A stretch of 64,000 nt of DNA from an archaeon (GCA_023259115.1 JAHFQW010000001.1:81937-145936), one strand, 5' to 3'. Positions 30,033 to 40,329 are shown, counted from the stretch's first letter. A program made the numbers and translations. The notes: a model not told the origin generated them from the sequence alone.

Positions 30033-30994
30033 TTCTGAATAAAGAAATACGTTTCGATAAAATTAAAGGATGTTTGGTTGGTGCGGCGGTCGGAGATGCA
30101 TTAGGGATGCCTACAGAATATTTATCAAAAACTGAACTTAATCAATTTTATAATGGCAGAATTACCGACTATCAAGCACCGTTATCTACACATCCTTGCG
30201 GGCATCTTAAAGCGGGTCAATATACGGATGATACACAACAGCTTTTACTTTTAGCTGATTCATTAGTTGAAAAAAATGGGTTTGACATTAATGATTTTGG
30301 TCAAAGAGTGGGCAATTGGGGTTGGAAATGTAGAAGTGTGCCGGGATATAATCGTTTTGCTGGTGGTACCAGTATGTCTGCGGCTTTAGAACTTTATGCG
30401 GGGGGTAATCCTCTCTTTACTGGTAAAAATCGTGCTACTTGTGGTTCAGCTATGAGAGTAGCTCCTCTAGGACTATTCTATTCTGATGAGAAACCAGAGG
30501 TGTTAAAGGATATTGCTTCTGTAGTTTCACGTGTAACACATACACATCCTGCAGCGGTGGATAGTAGTGTGTTTATTTCATTACTGGTGGCTAATTTATA
30601 TAATGGTTTTGATGTTGAGAGTGCGGTTTCTCGTTCACTTTCTTATTTGGATTCTGATTTAAAAGATAAATTGGACTATGTTGTACGTAATCAATCTAAA
30701 AATCCGACAGATATGGGAGAAGTGGTGGGGTGTTCTGAGAGTTGTTATGAAACGGTTCCGATGGCGCTATATTGTTTTTTGCATAGTTCAACTGATTTTG
30801 AAAAAACAGTGGTGGAAGCGGCTAATTTAGTTCCAGGAGATACTGATTCTATTGCATGTATTGCGGGAGCTCTATCAGGGGTATATAATGGATATCACAA
30901 AATACCTCTCAAATTTATTAATACTTTAGAAAATATTGATTATTTTAATGTTTTATCTTTGAAATTTGTTGATAGAAAAAGGAAAACTCTTTAA
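30029..30994 (+). CDS. ADP-ribosylglycohydrolase
   Basis: GDALGMPTE, YTDDT, GSAMR, GDTDS. Confidence 0.92.
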   Translation: MILNKEIRFDKIKGCLVGAAVGDALGMPTEYLSKTELNQFYNGRITDYQAPLSTHPCGHLKAGQYTDDTQQLLLLADSLVEKNGFDINDFGQRVGNWGWKCRSVPGYNRFAGGTSMSAALELYAGGNPLFTGKNRATCGSAMRVAPLGLFYSDEKPEVLKDIASVVSRVTHTHPAAVDSSVFISLLVANLYNGFDVESAVSRSLSYLDSDLKDKLDYVVRNQSKNPTDMGEVVGCSESCYETVPMALYCFLHSSTDFEKTVVEAANLVPGDTDSIACIAGALSGVYNGYHKIPLKFINTLENIDYFNVLSLKFVDRKRKTL

Positions 30995-31016
30995 AGGATA
31001 GGGTTATGGTTCTCTT

Positions 31017-31373
31017 ATGAAAATTATTACTATTAATATTAATCAGCTGGCGTTACAAGATCCTTTAAAAATTTGTTTGGGTTCAGATACATTTTATAAA
31101 AAATGTTCTCGATATCTAGGTAAACTAACAAAAGAAATAGCGTTATTTTATGAAAGCCAAGGATTTGAACAGGTTTCAGTGGATAGTTCTACTATGGATG
31201 CTACTTTTTTATTTCATAAAGAAAAACATTGGTGGAAGATTACTAATTTTTTACCTGTTGAAATGGAAAAAAGTTCCAAAGCTTTCTTAACTTTGGAATT
31301 TTCAGAGAGTGCATTATTGTATGTTCAGGCGTTGCTTACACAGTTGAAAATTCCTAGAGTAGCTATTTCTTAA
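31017..31373 (+). CDS. Hypothetical protein
   Basis: 118-aa ORF, co-oriented, 22 bp after the ARH gene. Confidence 0.5.
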   Translation: MKIITININQLALQDPLKICLGSDTFYKKCSRYLGKLTKEIALFYESQGFEQVSVDSSTMDATFLFHKEKHWWKITNFLPVEMEKSSKAFLTLEFSESALLYVQALLTQLKIPRVAIS

Positions 31374-31398
31374 AAATAAATAAAATCTTAATTTTATT

Positions 31399-31482
31399 TT
31401 ACTCTTCTTTTTTGTCTTCTTCTGGGAAAAAAGAGTCAAGCTTTTTACACTTCTGCTGTGCGTTATAAGAAATTTTTGTCAT
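31399..31482 (-). CDS. 27-aa small peptide with a PIP-box-like motif
   Basis: MTKISYNAQQKCKKLDSFFPEEDKKEE*; GAGGTGA RBS and a TATA-like box upstream. Confidence 0.45.
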   Translation of the reverse strand: MTKISYNAQQKCKKLDSFFPEEDKKEE

Positions 31483-31776
31483 GAAAATCTATCACCTCTT
31501 TTTTCTAACATCTACCAAATGTTAGAAAGAAATGTTGATATATAAAGACTGTTGATTTGTAAACTATAGTCTTGATTGCGATACCACTTGGAAAATGAAA
31601 AAGGGATTTGTTACTTGATAATGTGTGGTGAGTAAGGGAAATAATTAGATGTTTTGTGTTTGATGTGTTTGGGAAAAGATATTGATTAAAACATTTGAGC
31701 AGAGGGGTCTTGTTTGGGATATATAATTGTTGAGAAGTTTGGTTAATTCATATTTTTAGTTAAATTCCTCTATTGT

Positions 31777-32304
31777 TTAGTTTGCTGAAGGTTGCTTTTT
31801 ATCTAGCAATTCAATGGTTTGATGCGATTCAAGAACACCCGTTTGAGCATTGATTTTGAGGTTGATAAATTGGATGGAGCGGGTGATGAATGTGACGTTG
31901 TAGAGTGTTATGTTGTTGAGGGTTTGAATGATGAGAAAGCCGTTGCCGATTTGTTCTTTGGGAAAATAGGTTTTGAGTTTTTCTGCAATGAGGGGGAAGA
32001 GGACGTCAAGCGTGAGATTAAATGTGTTGATGGCAAGGGTTTCTACCGTGGATGTTTCTTGTTTAAAAACGTCATCGGCGGGTTTGATTTCAAAGTCGTT
32101 ATTCTCTAAGGGAACAAAGACGGTAATTTTCTGACTAGTTGGATCAAAATATCCTAGTTCCCAATCACTGAGTGGCGCAATCTGCTCATTTATTGGTAGG
32201 AAGAGATGTGATAGATATGCTTGAGGATGCTGAAAGAACCATTTTTGAAAGAGTTCGTTTTGCTCAAGAAGAGTGATTATTTGCTGAGGTGATTGAAGTG
32301 TCAT
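31777..32304 (-). CDS. Hypothetical protein
   Basis: 175-aa ORF downstream of tfs. Confidence 0.6.
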   Translation of the reverse strand: MTLQSPQQIITLLEQNELFQKWFFQHPQAYLSHLFLPINEQIAPLSDWELGYFDPTSQKITVFVPLENNDFEIKPADDVFKQETSTVETLAINTFNLTLDVLFPLIAEKLKTYFPKEQIGNGFLIIQTLNNITLYNVTFITRSIQFINLKINAQTGVLESHQTIELLDKKQPSAN

Positions 32305-32363
32305 GAGGTTTATGCTTTTTAGTTATTACAGATTAATTACAGATTATTAATCATTATGCCTGA

Positions 32364-32690
32364 TTATGCGTATTCTCTCCAGGTGTGGTTGCATTTGGTG
32401 CATTTAAAGAAGCGTGTTTCGGGTTCATCAGCACCGCGAGTTTGCTGTGTCCAATAATAAGCAATAGTATTGTTGCATTTGTCGCAGGTGATTTTTATTT
32501 TAGGATTGATTTCGATGTTTTCGACTACTTCAATTTTTTTTGCGACTTTGGTGGTTTCTTTTAATTCGGCAGAGGTTTCTTGTTCGCCAGGGGTTTTAGT
32601 GAAACCACAGTTACAGAAGAGAATTTTTTTACCCGCTTTTTCTTTTGGACGTAAAATGGAACCGCATTTTGGACAAAACATTATTTTCAC
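32364..32690 (-). CDS. tfs: Transcription factor S (TFS/RpoM)
   Basis: FCPKCG; QTRGADEPETRFFKCTKC. Confidence 0.95.
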   Translation of the reverse strand: MKIMFCPKCGSILRPKEKAGKKILFCNCGFTKTPGEQETSAELKETTKVAKKIEVVENIEINPKIKITCDKCNNTIAYYWTQQTRGADEPETRFFKCTKCNHTWREYA

Positions 32691-32795
32691 CTGATTTGTG
32701 TGTATTTTAGTTTCTTGATTGATTTTGGTTCCTGTTTATATACTTTACTTATTTAGGGTATATGTTTTTGGTTGATATATGTGGTCTTAGGGGGT

Positions 32796-34157
32796 TTAGA
32801 GTTTATATCCTAGAGTTTTTACTGCGTTCATAAAAGGGATTTTTGTGTTTTCATCAATTAATCCTTCATCTTGGAACCATCTTAATGACTCGCGTCCGTT
32901 TCCCTGATGTCCAAGGCATAAGAAAAATATTTCTTTTGTTTTCTCATCGCGTGAAGAAATGGAGCTCTGGTAACTTTGTTTAATGTTAATTCTCTTAGTG
33001 AGGGTGTTTATACCAATGAGATCTTGCAGAGCGAGACTACGGAATCCATACACTTCTTTTTCAAATTCACAGAAGAGGGGTGTGTAATATAAAATGGCTT
33101 GGCTCATCTGTTTTTGTTCTCTAGGAGAACAGTTATTTGCTTCAAATTCAAATAGTGAGTTTAGTATTTCTATAAAATTATCTAGAGGCATACTTCTTTT
33201 TTGTTCTAGGGTCATGTGATAGGCAATTTTATGTATTGCTCTTTGGTATTCTCCTCCTAGGTTCCAACTCCCTCTATTAAATTTTGCATCAAATAAACGG
33301 AGACCATATTGTTGTTCGGTGGGTGATGTTGTAAATTCATCTTTTTCTAATATGGTTCCTACGGTGGGTGCAACAAGATCATTGACAATTCTCTCGGAAA
33401 AATCTACGATGTTATGCCCCATAGATCTTGTGTGTTGATACATAATTCGGGCATATTCGAATAGTGCGGGGTTAGAGAGTATTATTTCAGCAAAAGGTAA
33501 TTTTTCTAATGCTTGGGCAAAATCTTGATAGATCTCTTTACCATCCAGTTGTTTTCTGAGGATCCATTCTGCATATTCTAATGCCTCTTTTTTTGAAGCT
33601 GATTTAATGGTGTAATGGTTTTGTGAGAGAAGGGTAGAATTTGGACGTGAAGTGAGTAATATACGATTTTGGTTTAGTGTTTTTTGAATGAAATCTAGGG
33701 TTTGTTGCCGAGATTTTACATCAAATATTTCATCTAGTCCATCGAGAATGATGAGGGGGTCTTTTTGTTCTACGAGTTGTTGATATTTTTGAGGTTGTTC
33801 ATCAAGAATAGACAAAGTGACTTTAGAGAGATGGTCATATAATTCTGGAAGAGATTGAATAGAGGCGAAGTGTTCATCAAGACGGATGAAGAGAGGTGTT
33901 ACTTTGTGTTGAAAGGGAGAATATCCTTCCTGTGCTTGGTACGCAAGATGTTTTGCGACAACGCTTTTGCCTGAGCCACCATCACCAACTAAAATGTTAA
34001 TGCCGGTTTCAATTAATTTTTCTTCATTTACTTCATTTTTTGCTGTATCTTGGAGTATTGGCTTAAGAAAAGGCATGCATTTGCCAAGATAGAGGGGATG
34101 AGGAACACTTTTGTATTGTTGTGCTAATAAACTTAATTTTAGTTCGAGTTGTTGCAT
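32796..34157 (-). CDS. NACHT-family STAND NTPase
   Basis: Walker A GDGGSGKS, Walker B LIILDGLDE, LLTSRP, NP motif. Confidence 0.85.
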   Translation of the reverse strand: MQQLELKLSLLAQQYKSVPHPLYLGKCMPFLKPILQDTAKNEVNEEKLIETGINILVGDGGSGKSVVAKHLAYQAQEGYSPFQHKVTPLFIRLDEHFASIQSLPELYDHLSKVTLSILDEQPQKYQQLVEQKDPLIILDGLDEIFDVKSRQQTLDFIQKTLNQNRILLTSRPNSTLLSQNHYTIKSASKKEALEYAEWILRKQLDGKEIYQDFAQALEKLPFAEIILSNPALFEYARIMYQHTRSMGHNIVDFSERIVNDLVAPTVGTILEKDEFTTSPTEQQYGLRLFDAKFNRGSWNLGGEYQRAIHKIAYHMTLEQKRSMPLDNFIEILNSLFEFEANNCSPREQKQMSQAILYYTPLFCEFEKEVYGFRSLALQDLIGINTLTKRINIKQSYQSSISSRDEKTKEIFFLCLGHQGNGRESLRWFQDEGLIDENTKIPFMNAVKTLGYKL

Positions 34158-34307
34158 GGTTATTGTTTTTTGAATAGGATATATAAATCTTTCCTATTTA
34201 GTACTTTTAAGTGATACTCTAATTTATTATTAGTATTATTATAATTATTATCATTATAATTATTATCAAGAATATGACTTAAAGATGAATGTTTTAAATT
34301 TATGAAG

Positions 34308-34964
34308 TTATCGTTCTATTACAATTCCAAAGGGAGCTAAGAGTTGGACAAAGAGAATTTTGACCCAGCCGAGATATGGAATGCGCAGAGTGGCTTTGCC
34401 ATAAATACGGTCGATGGTGATATCGGTTTCAGGATAATTTCCGGTGATGCTATTGCTATTATGGTCGCCTTTGGTTTGGTAATGTTTTTGGCCGTCTTGT
34501 TCCCAGATTTTGATGACGCGATGAATGATGGGTTGTGGACGATCGCCTCTGAAGATGAGGATATCGCCTAGATGGATGTTATTTGTATTGGCGCGCCAGA
34601 TGAGGATGACGTCACCTTTGCGAAAGCCTTGGTTTAAGGTGAAGGTTTGAAATTGTTCTTTGGTGATGCTATGTTGTTCGTACCAGGCGCCACAGGTTTT
34701 CCAATAGTTGTCATAGGATTCTTTGAAGTCGCTGAATTGCTGACCGCAGAGGATGTTGTCGTGCAGGCCATGTTCCATACTCTCGCTTACAACTGCGACA
34801 ATGGGAAAACCTGTGCCAAAAATAATGGCTAAGATGGGATAGACAATGAAACGGATGAGAACAAATGCGACAGCAAGATTTGCAAGCCAGCTCCAAATCG
34901 AGTCGTCATGCCAGAGAAAGTGCCATGTGGCTTTGACATAGTGTTTCCATTTGTTCTGGGTCAT
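34308..34964 (-). CDS. Signal peptidase I (Sec11-type)
   Basis: VVSESMEH, IIHRV, TKGDHN, IPYLGW. Confidence 0.9.
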   Translation of the reverse strand: MTQNKWKHYVKATWHFLWHDDSIWSWLANLAVAFVLIRFIVYPILAIIFGTGFPIVAVVSESMEHGLHDNILCGQQFSDFKESYDNYWKTCGAWYEQHSITKEQFQTFTLNQGFRKGDVILIWRANTNNIHLGDILIFRGDRPQPIIHRVIKIWEQDGQKHYQTKGDHNSNSITGNYPETDITIDRIYGKATLRIPYLGWVKILFVQLLAPFGIVIER

Positions 34965-35029
34965 AGGATGTGGGGATTGTTTGGGCGTTTAAAAAGGTTT
35001 TTATATATTATAGGAATTGTTATGAAGAT

Positions 35030-35899
35030 ATGGGATTAACGGATGAACAAGTGCGTATGTTGGTTGCGGATATCTGTCGTAAGAAAGAGCTGCAAGGTTT
35101 GTCTTTGGGGTATGTTGAGAGAGTGCTGCGTGATTTTTTACGTCAAAATTCACAAGTTGAGGAAAGACTTGCGGCCAAATTTCATGTGAAATCGGCGGTG
35201 TATGAGAAAGTGTTGAAGGGAGTAAGAGCAGGTTTGCGACGAAAAGTGGGGTTATTTGGGCATGAGAGCAATTTAGATGATGCACGAGAGCTGATGCATA
35301 CATATTTTAATGTTAGTTTGTCTGAAAAGAAAAAAGTGTTAGGTGAGTTGTTGTTGGCACATTCTTCTACTCGAGAGAGAGTGGGATTTGCCAGAGAGTT
35401 GTATCAGAAGATTTTTATTTCTTGTCCGGAGAAGATTTTGGATTTGGGATGTGGGCTGCATCCGTTGTCTGTGCCGTTGATGGGGCTTAGGAAGTCTGGG
35501 GTGCAATATTTTGCGTATGATATTCATGCTGATGAGATGGAAGTTGTAAATGAATTCTTTGGGTTGTGGATGAGGGAGCATAAGACATTTAGGGCAAAGG
35601 CAGGGGTTTTGGATCTATTGGATGTGGGTGAGGTTGAGAAGTTGCCAGAAGCAGATATAGCTTTGTTGTTTAAAGTGGTTGATGTACTTGATGCAAATAG
35701 AGGACATACGCGCAGCGAGGCGTTGTTGAGAGCGGTGCCATCTTCTAGGATGGTTGTGAGTTTTGCGACCAAGACGATGAGTGGGAGGAAGATGACGGCT
35801 CCTCGAAGACGTTGGATGGAGTGGATGTGTTCACGTTTGGGGTGGAAGTTTATGATATTTGAGTTTGAGAATGAGATTTTTTATGTGATTGAGAAATAA
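35030..35899 (+). CDS. ArmA/Rmt (FmrO)-like rRNA methyltransferase homolog
   Basis: HSSTRER, ILDLGCGLHPL, ALLFK, VVSFATKTMSGR, FENEIFY. Confidence 0.8.
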   Translation: MGLTDEQVRMLVADICRKKELQGLSLGYVERVLRDFLRQNSQVEERLAAKFHVKSAVYEKVLKGVRAGLRRKVGLFGHESNLDDARELMHTYFNVSLSEKKKVLGELLLAHSSTRERVGFARELYQKIFISCPEKILDLGCGLHPLSVPLMGLRKSGVQYFAYDIHADEMEVVNEFFGLWMREHKTFRAKAGVLDLLDVGEVEKLPEADIALLFKVVDVLDANRGHTRSEALLRAVPSSRMVVSFATKTMSGRKMTAPRRRWMEWMCSRLGWKFMIFEFENEIFYVIEK

Positions 35900-35947
35900 C
35901 TATTATTTAATAGTAATGTTTATAACTGTCGTGATTTTTTCAATGTT

Positions 35948-36628
35948 ATGGATGTAGATCTGGCAAATATGGTTCAAAGAGAATTAGGAACGCGTTGTAG
36001 TTTTGCAGAGCAGAGTGTATTACGTAATCACTTTTTTTTCCAAGATGAGATGTTGGCAGAGGATGTGGCGTTGCCGATGTGTTCTTTTTATTTTTATGGT
36101 TTAATTGGTAGAGGAATTTATGGGATTCTTCAAGAAGTTGTAACAAAAGAACCTGTTTTTGATCTTTTTTTCTTTCATCAAGCATCTACTTTTGAGGTGT
36201 TAGATGATAGTACTAATGGGATGTATTATACTTTTATTGATGGAGGAGATGTACGTATACCCATTGAGGATCCTATGTCTGTGGATGATTTTTGTTCTAC
36301 GCTTGGAACAGATGCATATAAACCTCTAATAGATGAGCGCGCGGTATTAAATGCGAGTTGGATTCGTGTGAAACCGTTTTATTCAATAGGCAATAAAGAT
36401 AATTCTTTTGATAAAGCATTGCGAAATAGTTTGCAGCATACTTTATTTTTTTTACGAAATTATCAACCTCTAAATAGGCTGCAAATTGATTTTGATTATA
36501 CTATTCATGAACCACATTTATTTTCACGTTTTTTAGTGGGGGCGCATTTTAATTTTGCTGATCTTTGTGATGGTGGTGAACGATTTGTTGAGAAAGCAAG
36601 AGAAGTGTATTCTATGTTAAAGAAATAG
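35948..36628 (+). CDS. Hypothetical protein
   Basis: 226-aa ORF after a TATA-like site. Confidence 0.55.
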   Translation: MDVDLANMVQRELGTRCSFAEQSVLRNHFFFQDEMLAEDVALPMCSFYFYGLIGRGIYGILQEVVTKEPVFDLFFFHQASTFEVLDDSTNGMYYTFIDGGDVRIPIEDPMSVDDFCSTLGTDAYKPLIDERAVLNASWIRVKPFYSIGNKDNSFDKALRNSLQHTLFFLRNYQPLNRLQIDFDYTIHEPHLFSRFLVGAHFNFADLCDGGERFVEKAREVYSMLKK

Positions 36629-36678
36629 TTTCTGAATTATCGTATTTTTTATAAAGAGTTGTTGTTTTTCTATTCATT

Positions 36679-37776
36679 ATGGTTCATTTTGAGTATATTG
36701 AAACACAAGAGCAGCTGCAGAGGGCGGCTTTAGAGTGGTGTGAGGAGAAAGAGCTGGCTATCGACCTAGAATGTGAGAATAATTTACATCATTATGGTAC
36801 GTTTATTTCGCTGATTCAGCTTTCTTCACGAAGTAAGCATTGGGTTGTTGATGTGTTGGTGTTGAAAGAGATACAGTTGCTACTAGATGTATTTTTGAAG
36901 GATACGATATTGAAAGTGTTTCATGATATTAGTTTTGATTTTCGTATTTTGTTTATGCAGTTTAAATGTGTGCCAAGATATTTTTTTGATACGCAGGTTG
37001 CGGCTTTGTTTTTAGGTGAGGAGAAGTTAGGGTTGGGATCTTTACTTGAGAAGTATTTTCAGATCATTTGTGAAAAGAAGTTTCAGCAGATGGATTGGAC
37101 AAGACGTCCGTTGTCAAAACCCATGTTAGAGTATGCGTCAGGGGATACGGCACATTTGTTGGGATTGAAAGATGTGCTGTGTGATATTTTACGAGAGAGA
37201 GGAAGAGTGAGTTGGGTTGAGGAGGAGTGTCGATATTTAGAGGGGCAAGATTATACGCTACGTGAGCAGGAGTATAAAGATATTTCGGGGTTTCGCAGTA
37301 TGAGTGTGCAGGAGAGAGCGATTTTACATGTGCTCTTTGATGAGAGGCGCAAGTTGGGAAGAGTTGCGGATAAGCCGTTATTTATGATTTTTTCAAATAA
37401 ACAGATGCTGGCGTTTGTGAAAAATCCTCCCTATAATGTTGAGGGGTGGAAACGTTTGCATGGTGTGCATCCACTGGTGAAAGAGAATGCGGTGGAGTTG
37501 TTTAGGTTGGTGGAGGAAGCGCGTACGGGTGGTGGAGAGGAGTATGTTGTGGAACGTAAAGAGAAGTTGGCGCCACGGTTGTATGAATTGATGTTAGAGT
37601 TGGGAGAGCGCAGAAATGTGGTTGCAAAAAGTTTGGGATTACGTGGGCATTTGTTGCTCTCTGAGGAGCAGATGCGGGATATGGTTGTGGGGAAATCGTT
37701 TGGTATGCTACGAGGATGGCAGAGGGAGTTGTGGGAGAAAGAGGAGGTGGTACGTAAGGTAATGGGTGTCAAATAA
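36679..37776 (+). CDS. rnd: Ribonuclease D-like 3'-5' exonuclease with HRDC domain
   Basis: AIDLE, DTQVAA, DWTRRPL, YASGD. Confidence 0.85.
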   Translation: MVHFEYIETQEQLQRAALEWCEEKELAIDLECENNLHHYGTFISLIQLSSRSKHWVVDVLVLKEIQLLLDVFLKDTILKVFHDISFDFRILFMQFKCVPRYFFDTQVAALFLGEEKLGLGSLLEKYFQIICEKKFQQMDWTRRPLSKPMLEYASGDTAHLLGLKDVLCDILRERGRVSWVEEECRYLEGQDYTLREQEYKDISGFRSMSVQERAILHVLFDERRKLGRVADKPLFMIFSNKQMLAFVKNPPYNVEGWKRLHGVHPLVKENAVELFRLVEEARTGGGEEYVVERKEKLAPRLYELMLELGERRNVVAKSLGLRGHLLLSEEQMRDMVVGKSFGMLRGWQRELWEKEEVVRKVMGVK

Positions 37777-37814
37777 GTCGAAATGTTTATTAATGAAGTA
37801 TGTAGATTCTCTTT

Positions 37815-38144
37815 ATGGCGAGTCTTACAGTTATTTTGTCGGAAACGTTAAAGCCTCCAGAGGGAGATATTGAGAGAAGGCAATACTTTTTTACTTCACT
37901 GAGCCAATCTTTGCTGGAGCAGTTTACGGTTTTAGCCCATGGAACTGTTTTATCTGAGCAGGTGGAGAAAGAAGTTAGGATTCTGGGGTGGTTCGATCCA
38001 AAAAAAAGCCCAAATTTTAAAGCGAGAGCAGAGCCAAAACAAGTGTATGAATTACAACCTCTGCCGGAGAGATTGTTGGGAGAAATATCAAGATATATGA
38101 AAATGGCGGATAAGTATAGTTCGTTGTTTTATCGTTGGCAATGA
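37815..38144 (+). CDS. Hypothetical protein
   Basis: 109-aa ORF. Confidence 0.5.
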   Translation: MASLTVILSETLKPPEGDIERRQYFFTSLSQSLLEQFTVLAHGTVLSEQVEKEVRILGWFDPKKSPNFKARAEPKQVYELQPLPERLLGEISRYMKMADKYSSLFYRWQ

Positions 38145-38193
38145 GTGTGTTTGAATTAGTTTTTTATAGGTGTTCTTCTATTTGGTAGATTTA

Positions 38194-39132
38194 ATGGATA
38201 AATTACAATTTTCAGATTCTATTCTTGATTGGTATAGTATACATAAGCGTGATTTACCATGGCGTGCTTTGGGGGTAGATCCGTATTATGTGGTGGTGTC
38301 AGAGATTATGCTGCAGCAAACACAAGTGCCAAGGGTGATTGAGAAGTATAAAGAGTTTTTGTCAAGGTTTCCGACTATTTTTGATTTGGCTAGTGCTCCT
38401 AGAGGGGAGGTGATTGATGCGTGGAGCGGTCTTGGTTATAATCGACGGGCGATTATGCTGCAGCAGTTTGCGCAGGAAGTGGTTAGGTTGTATGATGGAA
38501 AGATTCCTGCGGTTCCTGAGGCGTTGATTAAGTTGTCCGGAATTGGCCCGTATGCGGCGGGTTCAATTGCGAGTTTTGCGTTTAATCGAGCGGAGCCGGC
38601 GATTGATGTGAATGTACGTCGGATTTATATGCGTTATTTTCATGGGCGGGATCAAGGTTTACCTATGTCAAAAGAGGAGGAGAAAAAGTTATATGGGCTT
38701 GTGAAAGAGAGTATCCCCTCGGGTCGTAGTTGTGATTTACATAATGGATTGATGGACTTTGGCTCACTTGTGTGTTTGCGGGATGCGCCGAAATGTCAGG
38801 ATTGTGTTTTAAAACAGAGTTGTGCTTTTTTTCCGTTGTATACAAATGCTAAGGAAAAAGTGTTGTTTGTGGCAGAGAAGAGGGTGGAGAGGGGAATTTA
38901 TGAGAATGGACGTCATATACCTAATAGGATTTTTCGGGGCAGAATTGTGGAGTTTGTGCGCAAACACACAGGGGAGGAAATTTCGCTTCTGGAGTTAGGT
39001 ACATGTGTCAAGAAAGATTTTGTTGATAGCGAGAAAGAGTGGTTGTTTGGGTTGTGTGAGAAGCTGCGGAAAGAGGGGATGATTGAGATAGAATTGAAAA
39101 ATGAAAACGTGAGGTTGAGGTTGGGGAAGTAA
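38194..39132 (+). CDS. mutY: A/G-specific adenine glycosylase (short MutY)
   Basis: RDLPWR, SEIMLQQTQV, WSGLGY, HhH GIGPY, Cx6Cx2Cx5C. Confidence 0.9.
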   Translation: MDKLQFSDSILDWYSIHKRDLPWRALGVDPYYVVVSEIMLQQTQVPRVIEKYKEFLSRFPTIFDLASAPRGEVIDAWSGLGYNRRAIMLQQFAQEVVRLYDGKIPAVPEALIKLSGIGPYAAGSIASFAFNRAEPAIDVNVRRIYMRYFHGRDQGLPMSKEEEKKLYGLVKESIPSGRSCDLHNGLMDFGSLVCLRDAPKCQDCVLKQSCAFFPLYTNAKEKVLFVAEKRVERGIYENGRHIPNRIFRGRIVEFVRKHTGEEISLLELGTCVKKDFVDSEKEWLFGLCEKLRKEGMIEIELKNENVRLRLGK

Positions 39133-39197
39133 CGTTTTTACTTTAAAGTAGTCCTATATCCATAATATTTTTAAATGGCGGCTATTTTTAGGGGTGT

Positions 39198-40301
39198 ATG
39201 AAAGCAGTTGTTGTTGGTGCGGGTCCGGCGGGATTATATTTTGCGCTTAAGTTGAAGCAGCTAGAGCCTTGTGCTGAAATCAAAATAGTTGAAAAAGAGT
39301 TAAGAGCTAGTTCAAATGGGTTGGGGTATGTGTTGCAAAAACCTATTTTTGATTTATTGGGTGATATTGGTTCTTTTTCTGAGGAAGAATTTCTGGATAA
39401 ATGTACCGTTGGTTGGGATGTTGTGGATATTGAGGCCAAAAGTGTTGTATCAACGAGGAGGTTTCCTTATTCTGTGGGTATTAGACGTGGTTTGTTGGTT
39501 GATTATTTGCGTGATTTAGTGCAGCGTGCTGGTGTGGAAGTTGTGTATGGTTGTTCTCTTAATTCTGCAGATATTACCGCTTTTAAAAGAGATGCGGATG
39601 TGGTGGTGGGGGCGGATGGTTTACATAGCGTGGTGCGTTCTTTTTATTCTGAGGAATTTGGTGCTTCGGCAATTGAGAGTACGAATTCGTATATTTGGCT
39701 GGGTAAGACAAATCGAGAAGCACTGATGCGAGTGAGTGTACAGGAACATAAAGGAGTTGCGTTGGTTGGAACAACGTATCCGATAGGCAGGACACTGGAT
39801 ACGATGATTGTGGAGGCAAATACGCAAAAGTTGCGCAGTTCAGGAATGCTTTCTTTGGTTCAAACGGATGAGATGATTTCAACAAAAGGATTAAAAGATT
39901 TGGAATGGGGTTTTTTCACACTGTATTCTGGAGTGAATTTACAATCAATTCATTCCCATTGGAGTGCGGTTGTGGTGAATAGTTGTGAGAGATTGACGTT
40001 TGAAAATGTAGCGTTGATGGGGGAAGCAGGAATTTCTACGCATTATAGTGCGGGTGCAGGGCTGCTAGTGGCGTTTAAAGCGGCGGGGAGTTTGGCTGAG
40101 CAGTTAACATCAATTAGACATATTCCTAGTGCGTTAGGACACTATAATAGATTAATGTTGCCGTTTCTTCTAAGTGCTTCTGAGATGTCTTTACAGAGTA
40201 TGCGTTGGTTAGAACGGGTAGATTCTTTTTATGCGGATTTAGAGGGTGATGCTTTTATTCATGCATTTGGATTGAAAGGAAGAGAGGTTAGTTTATACTA
40301 A
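39198..40301 (+). CDS. FAD-dependent monooxygenase family protein
   Basis: VVGAGPAGL, VGADGLHS; GD motif degenerate (GEA). Confidence 0.75.
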   Translation: MKAVVVGAGPAGLYFALKLKQLEPCAEIKIVEKELRASSNGLGYVLQKPIFDLLGDIGSFSEEEFLDKCTVGWDVVDIEAKSVVSTRRFPYSVGIRRGLLVDYLRDLVQRAGVEVVYGCSLNSADITAFKRDADVVVGADGLHSVVRSFYSEEFGASAIESTNSYIWLGKTNREALMRVSVQEHKGVALVGTTYPIGRTLDTMIVEANTQKLRSSGMLSLVQTDEMISTKGLKDLEWGFFTLYSGVNLQSIHSHWSAVVVNSCERLTFENVALMGEAGISTHYSAGAGLLVAFKAAGSLAEQLTSIRHIPSALGHYNRLMLPFLLSASEMSLQSMRWLERVDSFYADLEGDAFIHAFGLKGREVSLY

Positions 40302-40329
40302 AAGTACGAAATATTCGTATATTTGGTTA

